64,000 nt of DNA. Origin: Squalus acanthias. Its lineage: Eukaryota. Location: the NCBI GenBank assembly GCA_030390025.1, contig CM059432.1, positions 114,702,001-114,766,000 of the forward strand, read 5' to 3'. Positions 37,556 through 49,306 of this stretch are shown one piece after another. The translations under genes were made by a program, and so were the position numbers. The notes below the pieces were generated by a model. It saw only the letters and a program-made list of their open reading frames with translations, searched no databases and had not been told where the DNA came from. Numbering within the stretch: position 1 is the stretch's first letter; each line of letters starts with the position of its first letter.

Positions 37556-40500
37556 GCATGTTACGTGCGCCTTCTTGGCTGGAGGACTATGCGTGGCTTG
37601 GGAGAAGCAGCAAAGTACATATTAAAAAAAACACAAAAAAGTTATAAAAGATTAAAGTTTTGCATCTAGCACCTTTCCATAATGTTATGTAAAGGCATAA
37701 CATCTGAAAATGTTTCATGACTCTTAGGGTAATAGTTTGTGACTGGCTGAAATGAGACTTATCTGTTAAATTACCAATTGACAAATGGGGAATGATTCAA
37801 AAGTAGATTAATACAGTCAGTAATTGCCAATGAGGAATGAGTGAACAGCAGAAAACTGAGTAACTAATTTGGTTTCCTTAACAGCAAATTAAATGTTTTA
37901 GACTTAAAGAGACACCATTTTTTTTTGTTCAAAGCTATCAATTTCAAACTGGCAAGTAGCACAACCAACCAACCAAAATCACTCAAAGTTATGCAAGAAA
38001 CCTTTAAAAAAATTAAATAATTCAGAATATAGCCTGGATTTTCCTCTGCATTTGCACCCAGAGAGACATGTAATCTGGGCACAAACCAATTACGTGACTT
38101 AAAAGATTGCGGGGTCTTGGGCATAAGTGAGTTACACGCGTAACTACAATAACACCCAAGTTTCCTCGATCTTTTATGTCCGTCCATCAAACCCTTCATC
38201 CAAACGAATCTCCACTCACAAAACTGGCCACGCCCCCAACTCTCAAAAGCAAATATCCTCCAATTGTACTTGTTCAGGGGTCTCGGAACATTACGACCGG
38301 ATTTTCAGGCGCAGCAGGAAGGAAAGTCTTTCTTCTGGTGTTTAATTGCAATTTTAGGAGTGTTTTAAAAAATTTATTCTCACTGAGCTCTTGCGGTTTC
38401 TGTTTCTTTGAATGGATTTTTATGGTCTAATTAAAAGTCACATTAAAAATTGAAAAAAGCTTTATCGATTGTGGGTTCTTAAAGATGCTTGTGCCTGATG
38501 AATGCTGGTTAAATGAGATTAAACTTAAATTTTCATACTTAAAGAAGAAATATATGGTGTGGGTTTGGGGCTTTCCTTGGGCTCCGATTCTTTACCCTGA
38601 TTTACGTCCATTTACCCACATTTTAAATTCGGGCGCATTCTAATGAGACTAGGAGGATACTTGGGCATAACCTGACATCAGCAAAATGGCCACAACATTG
38701 GGCACTACAGAAAGTAGCTCTGTCATATCTTTCCTTGATTCCTTTGTTATTTTTGAGTCTTAAGGCTTCCTTAATGCTGGGAGCGCTGTTTAACTTTCTC
38801 TCATGCTGTAATCACCTGCTTCGTTAACCCCCCTGATCATTCCAGCCATCTCCTTTAGGGTGCTGCTGCAGGCCCATGATCAGTATCTACCCAGCCGGAT
38901 TTCCTGACTGCCAAAAAAGCGAACTACATATATTCAGTGTGATTAACGCTAGCAGCTCACCTATTCACTATTAATAAGGCCTGACCAAGAAAATTGATTG
39001 ATCCTCCCGCCAACATCACAGGTAGGCGGGGCAGATGCCTCACCCACTGACTGCCCGCGGTTTACGTTAGAGATGAAAATCTCCCCCAATGTGTTTACCC
39101 CGTTCCATGCAAACAGCATTAACCTTACCCTCTAATTCTCTCTGAGACAGGCGAGCCTCCAGTTGCAGAGGGGGAAGAGGAATCTTTATTTAGTAGGCAC
39201 TAGCTCTCGAAGAGTTTGCACAGCAAAGGGAAGACAGAATTTTAAACATTTCTTTCAGAGGTGGTGAAATCAGACAAGAATGGCGTGAATTTATCAATGT
39301 TAATTATGTCACAGGAAATTTGCCTAAGCATGCACATGGTTATTGTACAATAATACATGCTGTATTTTTTCTATCTTGTTTGAAATGAAATAAAAACTTT
39401 GAGTCCATATGCACTGCTTTTAAGGGCATGGACTATTTCCATTGCTATTTGTGATAAATTGGACACTCGTGCAATAGACAATTCTGCCCAGTGTTGCTCA
39501 GAGTCAACAGTTAAATATAGAATTAGGATCAGGGTATGGTAGCTTGATTAGGGGTCTTGATAAATGTAGATTACAACGAAGCTAGAGAAGGAGGCTGCAG
39601 TTGTTAATGCTTTTATTTAAATAAATAACTGTCTTTCTTTGTCTTGTTTTAAAATGACTGTTTTGCATCTGTAACCAAGTGCAACACTTTCAACTGTGAC
39701 AATGTCTGAAGTGTGTTGGATGCATGTTAAATGCAAGACTTTTATTCATATACTAGCAAGTCTCCTGTAGCTATTGTCAGGGTAAATCACATAATAAACT
39801 ATTTTATAATGACAGAAGTATTATACCATATAATGCAGAATACATTATTCTGCTGTCAAAGAGGAGCTTTGATTACCATGGCTTGTCCCTTTAAAGCTAG
39901 AAAGTCTAATTGTTATAAGTAGACACATCCTGAGGTAATTCAGAGTTTAATAATGGTTTGATGTGGTAATTTGGCAGATTGGAATGTGCTTGTCAGTTTC
40001 AGGCTGCAGCTCAGGAGCACCCAGAGTCTTATACTTGTTTTGCATTTGTGAAAGTGCGTGACATCTGGAGTGTGGCATCCATAGCATGACATCTGCACAT
40101 GGTGATATACCATTTATTATGACAAGAGATCTTACTTGGTGTTGCTCACAATAAGTCAGATGATATGCTGTTTTATAAGGATAGGAGTGTTATACAATGT
40201 AATGCACAATGTATTGCTCTGCTGCTCAAGTAAATTGGTATCCCTTGAAGTCCACGAAGTTTACTTGCTATTGGATAAACAAGAGGTGAGGTCAGAGTTT
40301 AATTGCTTTTTAGACTGCAGGTCTGGACTCTTGCTTTCTTTCTTACTTTAAGTCTGATTGGTAACATCAGTCAAAGGTGCCAGATATTCTGGCTCCTTTG
40401 ACAATTCATTTGGTGGAGTACTTAACCTTTCTTTAATTAAAAAATGAAAATCGTGGGAGCATGCGCCCAAATCCCTGACATGTACAAATTCATAAAATTA

Positions 40501-40576
40501 CTCCTCATAAGTAACCTCAAACTAAATGTTAATGTAGGGATTGGACTACATTTGATATTAAACCAGGATTACTAAC

Positions 40577-40700
40577 CCAATAGGCCTGGAAACCAGCAGT
40601 TCTACTTGTGGCTCAGGTTTAGATTCAAAAATGATGTTATACACCTCCTCAAAGGTAGCTCCTTGTAATGACCTTCCATTCCATTCAAGCACTTCATCAC
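40577..40700 (-). CDS. RIMS2: RIMS2 internal coding exon, PDZ C-terminal half (DEVLEWNGRSLQGATFEEVYNIIFESKPEPQVELLVSRPI-G)
   Basis: 124-nt exon read by hand from the reverse complement, with acceptor tttttAG and donor GTtagt. Phase 1/2 joins both neighbours in frame. Not in the ORF track. Confidence 0.95.
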
Positions 40701-41398
40701 CTAAAAAAATCAAAATAATGCAGAGTGGGTAAAAGCATCAATGTATAATTATGAAGAACTACTGATGAATACTTTAAAAAAAAACATTTATTTTAGTAGA
40801 TTCAGATGTATGGCAGCATTAAAATAGAATCCAGGATCTGTCCTAAAATATAGAGTGCTTGTCAGATTTCAGGCAAAATACTACAATAGATTAACCAATT
40901 CACGCATCTATAATCATGACCAAATGAAAACTTTTGCTGCAATCCATTTACAACATTGTATAGCACAGATGTGAAATAAATGGTACAATACATCTTTCCA
41001 ATTTAAACCATTCAATTATTTTTACTGTTGTACTTATTCTCCCTTGGGAACCATGTTGTAGCAAGAATATTGTGCTCATGGGGACTATCACAGTACTTTT
41101 CCAAATTCAGACTGAATTTCCAACCACTATTAGTAAAGTGTAGAAGTTAAAATACTACTGATCATAAAATCTAGGCCTTTATCTGATCGTGGTCAAAAGG
41201 TAGTTCTGTTCTCTCTTGTAACTGCTCCATATCATTACTTACTACCTAATTCTAATCACATATATAGGGGCGCACTTCACAGGTTCACACTGGAAAGAGA
41301 TTGGCTGTGAAGTTATGGTTATCAGGAATCAGAACAGCATGGATACCAAACACAGAAAGAAGGTAATAAAAGCAGCTAAAGATTTTGATTAATGGTAC

Positions 41399-41498
41399 CT
41401 GGTCTAAGATGTCCCACAGTGTCTGCTAAACTCCCCTTCTTCACCTTGGTAATGAATGCACATAGTCTGCCAGACTCAGTCATCTTTCCACCCACAAC
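41399..41498 (-). CDS. RIMS2: RIMS2 internal coding exon, PDZ domain (VVGGKMTESGRLCAFITKVKKGSLADTVGHLRP-G)
   Basis: 100-nt exon with acceptor ggaacAG and donor GTacca, phase 0/1. The peptide has the RIM2-type residues MTESGRLCAF and ADTVGHLRP, where RIM1 has MTDLGRLGAF and ADVVGHLRA. Confidence 0.95.
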
Positions 41499-43075
41499 CT
41501 GTTCCAAAAAGGGGTCAAAGATAAAGAACATTATTATTTGGCCTACTCCACTTAAAAACAAATTGATTTAACAGCATTTTTATCCAATCAGTGGATCTTG
41601 TTCTATTCCTAATAATTTCTGGAGAACCACTGTCTTGTTGAGAATAACCTTCACTTACATACCATTTTGATACTTACCTCACATCCTGAAGTTGCTTATC
41701 TAATGCCCTGTGTACTTCTTTGCCTCTTCCTGCTTTACTCAAACACTAAAACAGCTAACCTCTGTCCTGCTCACGTGTCTGCCATTTGAATTGATTGACT
41801 TATTTTACATCGTAACGTAAATCAGCAATACTGCTTTTAAATATCTGTAGAATTTATACTACAAAGTATTACAGGAGCAGCACCACCAAGTAGAAGGAGG
41901 TTAGATTTTTTTCAATGCAATTTGAAATGAATATTTCATGCCCATGTGTGTTAATCAGTTCTGCCATTATCTATATATTAAAATTGGTATGTCCTATTGC
42001 ATTCTATTGAAAAGCCCTATGTAACTCTTTTGCCTTTGACGTCTGCAGGTAACACTGTCTTAATAAGAAGATTTTCCAGTGTTATGTGACAGTCTGGAAC
42101 TGCTTTCAGTCTGGGTGCAGTTTCAAGCACTGCCACAGGGTACGCTACGGAACAGTTTTTTAAAATTTAAACCTTCTGAGCCTACAGTTGGCTGTGTTGA
42201 TTTCCTTCTGTGTGAGGTAAGTCGTAAGGTATATACTTATTTTTCTTAACTTTTTTGCCACTTCCAGATTTTTCCAAGCCTCCAGCTCTCTAATTTCACA
42301 TCCTTGGGGCCACTCACTCCCCTGTTACAGCTCAATGGGCCATCAGATTGTAATGATTTTGGCTCCTCAGGCCTCCACCACTGACACAAATTATGCCTGC
42401 CCATAAAATCCATGTTAGCAACATTTTGGCCAACTAGGGCCTCTACTTCAATTATTTCCACCTCATTGGATCTCCGGTTGCCACCATTTTGGGCTTCCCA
42501 CTTCAGCAGTTCCCCCCACTCTATCCTGACCATCCCACTATTTTTCCCCACAGAGGACTCCAAATGCTGCCATTTAACATCTTAAATTCACCCCCCCCAC
42601 ATTGATTTCAGCCTGTCCTTACCCAAGGCCAAAAAAAAGCAAGTGGGATAGAAGTTAAGGAAGTACCAAAGCACGTTAACGTAAAAATTAAAGAGTAGCA
42701 AGAGAGACAGTTGTAGGGGTGCCAGTGAGTCGGGAGGGGAGGAAGGAAGCAGTGCAGGAAAAGAGCTAAGATAAAAGTAAGAGAAAGACAAAGACACAGG
42801 GCAACAGGATAAAGGGGAGAGGTGTCAGGGAATCACCAAAAGAGATCAACAAGAGAGAAAGAGACATGGGGATGCCAATGAGAGAAGGGGTATAGCAGTA
42901 AATCAAAGAGCTAGGTAGGGGGTTACAGAAAGAGGGGCACCAGGAAAAGATGCATAAGGAGGATAGTGACAGAGGGGTAGAATAAGATGAAATCAACAAG
43001 AGGGGAATATCATTGCAGCAAAATGAGTGGATAGGGTGCACTGAAACAGTGTGAATAGGGGGCATTCAGATTCAT

Positions 43076-43182
43076 GAACATAAGAGGCCATCAAGAAACA
43101 TAGAAACATAGAAGATAGGAGCAGGAGTAGGCCATTCGGCCCGTCGAGCCTGCTCCACCATTCAATACGATCATGGCTGATC
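43076..43182 (-). mobile_element. CR1 extreme 3' tail
   Basis: (catagaaa)n followed by ggagcaggagtaggccattcggccc. Confidence 0.8.
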
Positions 43183-44007
43183 AACTAGAGAGGTGGACAT
43201 TGGGGGTCAGTGAGAGGGGATGATAGAGGGTTGCAAGACAGGGGCAATGACAGGACATAGCAACATCAAGAGAACGTCCATATGGGGAGAAGCAACAGAG
43301 CATGACATAGCAAGATACTAAAAGATGACCAGCAACAGAGTGGGACATAGCAATGCAGTCGTCCAATTTCCCGTGAACAGTGCTACAGGAGATCAGTTAA
43401 TCATGCTTTAAAAGTGGTGTAATGGTGCAACTGTAATCAGGTTATTAGAAGCAACTTTTCTTGAACAATTAAAGAGTTATGGAGTAATTTATAGGGACTC
43501 CACATCTTTTCATCCTGTTAGTTACCTCATTACTGAGGATGCATTGTCCATAGCAAAAGCCTCCAAATGTGTTGGTTTCACCATAAAAGGATAGATCTTC
43601 TTCCTTCTATAATGTGTTAGCAGAAGATGCTGTTCTGCTGCACAGAATGTGTCAAGCCAGGCCTAAAAGTGCATTTAGTGCCTTGGTGCTATTCAGATCT
43701 CTAGTGTTCCAGGATAAATCAGCACCTACAAGTGAAATATTGACACCTGTTTTCCCTTGTACTGGCCGCACTACATTTTAAGCCCCTTAAGCCATTTTCA
43801 CTCCAATATTATCTAGATAATATGCTGAAGTATATTAATATCTATTTGATGAGATATCTACTGGAAAGTGGCAACATTTAACTCTTATCATGCTTTATCC
43901 CACTCATGTGCACATATTGCAAAGAGAAAGGGCCAATTTTCCTCTGCAGTGCAACCGGAAACGCTTATTTTGTTTGGAATGCAGAGAAAAAAAGGATGGA
44001 GAAACAT

Positions 44008-44890
44008 GGGGCTGGATTTTAAGGAGGAGGGCGGGTTGGGGCTCCGAGGCAGTCGGGAAACCCCGCAGGCCCTGCCGAATTTAACGGCAGGGCCTATTTT
44101 GCATGCGGGGCCTCGGTTTCTCGCCCGCAACCAGCCAGATTGAGAGGTTGGCTGGCTGCGGGCGGGTAGGCCTGCGGCACTAGGCCGCAGAGAGGGAGGG
44201 AGGGAGGGATTGCGTGGGGGCCAGGGGCTGGCCGCAGCAGCATGGGGGGGGGGCATCTGTGGACGACCATGGGCAGGGGAGCAGCCGCAGCAGCATTGGG
44301 GGGGGGGGGGGGGGGTCAGAGGATGATCGCGGGCAGGGGTGCTGGCTACAGCAGTACGGGGGATGGGGGGACGCACGAAGTCCAAGGATGATTGCAGGCT
44401 GGGAAGAGCTGGGGGAGTATCTTCCGAAGATTGCAGGCCAGGAGGAGCAAGTGGAAGGCCTCACGGAGGCAGTGGAGGCCCGTGGGGCGGGGGGTGATTG
44501 GAGGCCTCGTGGAGAGATTGGCGGCCTGGAGGGGGGGTGGTGGTGGGTGGTGTTAGGCAGGGACCCTGGATCCAGGAGGTAGGTATAAAGGCACTATAAA
44601 TTACCTCCTGGATCCAGCTGTCCCCGCCTTGCTGTAACTGCCAGGTTTCACGAATTGTGTGAAACCCGTCCACATGCAGTTATAAACAAAAAGAGGCTTT
44701 TTTGCCTCATTATAATATTTAAATTGACATCCCGCCCCCTGGGAGTGGGTTGGTTGCCCACCCCAATCCTGCCTCCGTTAAAACCGGAAGTGGGCGGGAT
44801 GGAGGCAGGATTAGGTCGGGAATCCCATTTTTAACAATTTAACTACGCCCACGCTCCAAACCCACCCTTTTTTTAGGTTAAAATTCCCCC
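44008..44890. mobile_element. G-rich Harbinger-like MITE
   Basis: Ends GGGGCTGGATTTTAA / TTAAAATTCCCCC and CAT TSD. Same family as 58797-62213. Confidence 0.8.
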
Positions 44891-45529
44891 CATGATGTCA
44901 AGTCTCTGCTCTCCATACATTGCACTGGGATTTGTGGGGCTCTCCCTTACGGTGGGGTGGTGGTGAGGGGGGGGGGGGGTGGAAGAGTGCCTACAGCAGC
45001 ACAAAAATAGTAATGAAATGGAACTGAGACAGGAGTAATGTCAGTGCCTCCTGCCTCATTTTCCTGAGTCTCCGTTTAGCAGAGGTTCTGATAGAGGTTT
45101 TATAGCAGCAAATGGGCCTTAGGGCTTGCGGATAGCCTCACTCATTGGAGGATCGGAGAAAGGAATGAGCAGCAAGCAACTGGCAGCCAAACACAGGCAG
45201 ATACTGTTTTCCCAAAGGTTATGGGGTGGAGGCTGTCTGGGCCTGCAGCAGCAATTGTCTTTTCTCCTCTGCTTCATATAATGTGCGGGTCTGTACCAGG
45301 AACTCAAGCTAATGAGCTGAACTTAGAAATGCAGGCAGATTTAGATCAAGTCAGATGAAGTGCACAATGGGGGGAGGGGGGCATAGGCATGGTACTCCGT
45401 CTAACTAGAGCCCAGGTTGGGCGGGTGGGGGGGGTGCTCGAAGGATATCAGCTTAATATGCGCATTTCATTTTTGAATCTTAAGTTAGACATATTGTACG
45501 AATATTATGTGTGACATACTGAGCTATCT

Positions 45530-45832
45530 ACGCTCCTCTAATTCTGCCCTCCTCTAATTCTGCCCTCTTGAGCATCCCTGATTATAATCGTTCAACCATT
45601 GGTGGCCGTGCCTTCTGTTGCTTAGGCCCTAAGCTCTGGAATTCCCTGCCTAAACCTCTCTGCCTCTCTTTCTTCATTTAAGACGCTCTTTAAAACCTAC
45701 CTCTTCTTTGGCCATCTGCCCTAATTTCTCCTTATGTCGCTCGGTGTCAAATCTTTTGTCTTATAATACTCCTGTGAAGCGCCTTGGGTCGTTTTACTAT
45801 GTTAAATGCGCTATATAAATATAGTTGTTGTT
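45530..45832 (+). mobile_element. L2 LINE 3' end
   Basis: Close match to 9495-9797, with a (gtt)n tail and a 16-bp duplication at the 5' junction. Confidence 0.85.
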
Positions 45833-46211
45833 GTGTGCATTCAATGGAGCCGGGCTGCATGTAAATGCACAGCTACACAAAATGCTATGAACCTCCCTCC
45901 TCCCATTGTGGCATGGCGAACACCCATACAGTTTAACTTGTCTGCTCCTCAAACGATACGAGCTTCAAAAATCCACCAACATTTGCAATATAACAAGGAT
46001 AATAATGTGATGTCTGTTAGCTCTCCAGTAAAATTTGTATTGATTAGAAATAATACAAGGGAGCTTTCGATCAGAAGTAAACCCTTCCTGGATCCTGCAG
46101 TTTTAACCATTAAGTTTTCAACATGGGAATATTTAAAAATAAACTATGATTCTCAGCATCTCTCAGAAATCTTCAAAATATAGAGAATTCAATAGCTGCA
46201 GTTTACAACTA

Positions 46212-47590
46212 GAAAATTTCATTCACTTTGCTTCCAATTTCCACCCTTCCCTCACCTTCACATGGTTCATCTCCGACTCTTCCCTTCCCTTCCTCGATTT
46301 CTGTGTCTCCATCTCTGGGGATAGGCTATTGACAAACATTCACTACAAGCCCACTGACTCCCACAGCTACCTGGACTACACTTCCTCCCACCCCGCTTCC
46401 TGTAAGGACTCTATTCCATTCTCCCAGTTTCTCCGTCTCCGCCGCATCTGCTTGGACAATGCTACCTTCCATACTAGTGCTTCCGACATGTCTTCCTTTT
46501 TCCTCAACCGAGGATTCCCCTCTACTGTGGTTGACACGGCCCTTAACCGTGTCTGTTCTATTTCCCGCACTTCTGCTCTCACCCTTTCCCCTCCCTCCCG
46601 GAACCACGATAGGGTTCCCCTTGTCCTCACCTTTCACCCCACCAGCCTCCACATTCAACAGATCATCCTACTCCATTTCCGCCACCTCCAGCGTGATCCC
46701 ACCACCAAACACATCTTCCCCTCACCTCCCCTTTCAGCATTCTGAAGGGACCACTCCCTCCGCGACACCCTGGTCCATTCCTCTATCACCCCCAACACCC
46801 CTTCCCCTGGCACCTTCCCGTGCAAACGCAGGAGATGCAACACATGCCCTTTTACCTCCACCCTTCCCACTGTCCAGGGCCCCAAACACTCCTCCCAGGT
46901 GAAACAGCGATTTACTTGTACTTCTTGCAATTTAGTATACTGTATTCGCTGCTCACAATGGGGAGACCAAACGCAGATTGGGTGACCACTTTGCGGAACA
47001 CCTCCATTCAGTTCATAAGGGTGACCCCGAGCTTCTGGTCGCCTGTCACTTTAATTCTCCGCTCCACTCCCACTCAGACCTCACCGTCCTCGGCCTCTTA
47101 CACTGTTCCAATGAAGCTCAACGTAATCGCGAGGAACAGCACCTCATCTTTCGATTAGGCATTTTACAGCCTTCTGGACTCAACATAGTGTTCAACAATT
47201 TCAGACCATAACCTCTGCCCCTGTCCTTTTTTACCCCATTTTTTTCTCTCTCCCACATGGCAACTGTCTTTCATTCTGCCAGTGCCATTTACACTTCATC
47301 TAGAGCCATCTTTTGTTTCTTAACTTGTCCCATTACCATCTCCTTTTGCCTTGCACCATCTCTTAATCTCTCTTAATGTCTCCTGCCTTCCATCCTATCA
47401 CAGACCTTCCCTTTTGTTCTTTCCTCCCCTCCCACCTTTCCTTGCCCCTGCACTTGCTTAAAAACCTGTTCCATCTCCAGCTTTTTCCAATTTTGACGAA
47501 GGGTCATCGACCTGAAACATTAACTCTGTTTCTCTCTCCACAGATGCTGCCTGACCTGCTGAGTATTTCCAGCATTTTCTGTTTTTATTA
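46212..47590 (+). mobile_element. Penelope-like retroelement, 5'-truncated (RT C-terminus, GIY-YIG endonuclease, pseudo-LTR)
   Basis: SLPFLD...HYKPTDSHSYLDYTSSHP...SQFLRLRRIC, C..RRCNTC, FTCTSCNLVYCIRC, ETKRRLGDHFAEHL, VACHFN and EQHLIFRLG.LQPSGLN. The YIG segment is deleted. Confidence 0.92.
47488..47526 (+). ncRNA. Degenerate minimal hammerhead ribozyme motif in the Penelope tail
   Basis: (t)TGACGA, stem AGGGTC/GACCT, then GAAAC(a)TTA fits the CUGANGA-stemII-GAAA-UH core with substitutions. Confidence 0.6.
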
Positions 47591-47661
47591 CAACAGTAGA
47601 ACAGTTTTTACTTCCAACTCTTCCATTATCATCCACATCTACACTAATTGGGGAAATCAAT

Positions 47662-48382
47662 GGCCCGTAATTTCCGATAGGAGGCTTCCTGCGTGCGGAT
47701 GCCTCCTATCGGAAAAAAATCTACGAACTTACCTGAGGGCTCCCGCGGACCAGGCACTTCCACTCCTGGGCCTCTCCACAGTCGAAATGCGCAGGGCCCA
47801 GGTATCCCAGAGGCGCATGCAGTTCACAAGCGTCCCTGGGATCACGTGGGCCAGGCCAGCCAATAGGAGAAGGGTAGGCCTGTCAAATATATGAATGGAG
47901 ATCACCCCAAAAAGACACTAAAACATTAAATACATTTTAAAAAAACATCACGTTTTTAAAATGAGTTAAAATTACATTAAATTAAATATTTTAAACAAAA
48001 ATTTAATTTTTTGAAAAAAATAATTAAAGTTTTTCACAGGGCTAAAAATAAATTTACCTTTTTTGAAAGTATTTTAAAATTATAAATGAATGAAAATTTT
48101 TTTTTTTTTACTTTTTTCAACTCTTATGCTGGTAAAAGTAGGCCTTACGCCTTTTACCAGGCTTAAGATTTCTAAGGGTTTTCAGCGGGCGGAGGTTCTG
48201 CAGAAAGAAGAACTCTCTGCCCGCAGAGGCCCTTCTCTAGGGCAGGCGTCCGATCTGTCAAGAGCATTCTTGACAGATCGGAAATGTCGGTTTTCAGCGC
48301 ATGTGCTTCGCATGCTTGAAACTGGCATTTCTGATGTCCCTACGGGTGTGTACACACCCGTAGGCATCGGAAAATATGGGCC
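47662..48382. mobile_element. Harbinger-like MITE
   Basis: TIR GGCCCGTAATTTCCGAT / ATCGGAAAATATGGGCC, with flanks AAT / ATT. Confidence 0.8.
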
Positions 48383-48599
48383 ATTGTGTCCCACACAGTT
48401 TGCGATACTACAGCGAGCTGTGGCAATAACACATTACAGTGATACACAACTGATAAAACCTTCCCCTTTGTCTGCTCCATCAGTGAGTCCCAAATCTTGG
48501 CTTTACAAAGATAAACTGAGTGTGTGTGCATATGCACATGTATTAAAAAAATGCGCATATTACTGAACAACATCTGAAAGGCAAAAAACAAGAAAACGT

Positions 48600-48725
48600 T
48601 TCAATTCTGATAAAAGGCCCCACTCAAAACATGAACCTGTCTTTCTTCTGCAGATAATTATAAACTTGCTGTGCCTTTTCGGAATTTTCTGTTTTTATTT
48701 CAGATTTGCAGCATTTGAGGGGGTT
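48600..48725 (+). mobile_element. Diverged Penelope-tail-like fragment
   Basis: tctgataaaagg...aaacatgaacc...ttttctgtttttatttcaga parallels 47490-47590. Another piece lies at ~55457-55520 (-). Confidence 0.55.
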
Positions 48726-48794
48726 GTCGTCTTTTTTGTGTACTTTTTAAAGATTTTGTTATTTTTAATTGCTCCAGAAAAGAAGCAGTGAAAA

Positions 48795-49075
48795 TGTTGG
48801 TGACTACAGTCATTTTGTGCACAACAAGGTCCCACAATCTGCTATTTTCAGGATCTATTTTTGGTGGTGTTGGCTGAGGAAGGAATACTGGCCAGATTAG
48901 TATCATAAAATCTTTACGTCTATCTGAAAATGAGTCTCGATTTAATATCTCATCCAAAATACAGCGCCTCCCTTAATACTGTCAATCATGCACTGGAGTT
49001 TCAGTCTAGATAATATATTTGAGTCCATAGTGAGGCTTGAACCCACAATGGTTTGACTCAGAGTTGAGAGTGCAG
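48795..49075 (-). mobile_element. Deu-domain tRNA-derived SINE (SacSINE1-like), old
   Basis: The reverse complement has a tRNA head with B box (gtgggttcaagcc), followed by ggaggcgctgtattttggatgagatattaaatcgag, which resembles the Deu core. Confidence 0.65.
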
Positions 49076-49306
49076 GCTGCCACCTTCGTATATTTTAAAC
49101 TTTTTTTTTCCATTTTTACTTCTGCTGTACATCAGTAAACTTAATAAAAATGACAAAAAGATCAATTTAATGGATTTACCATGCTGATCACTCACTTGTT
49201 TCCATACAAACAGTAATGGAAGATATTAAGGCTGACAGTTATCTGTATCGCAGTCTTTCACTGAACACAAAACAACGTCAGTGAAACTGCAGGGGTGACC
49301 TCAGTA

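Noticed and set aside
38027..39088. Further MITE(s) with ends gcctggattttcc / gaaaatctccccc
   Set aside because: Probably decayed TIR elements, but I could not pair the ends or find a TSD.
43888..44673. GC-rich region as a CpG-island promoter, with Pro/Gly-rich ORFs
   Set aside because: It lies within a TIR/TSD-bounded repeat that has a second copy at 58797-62213.
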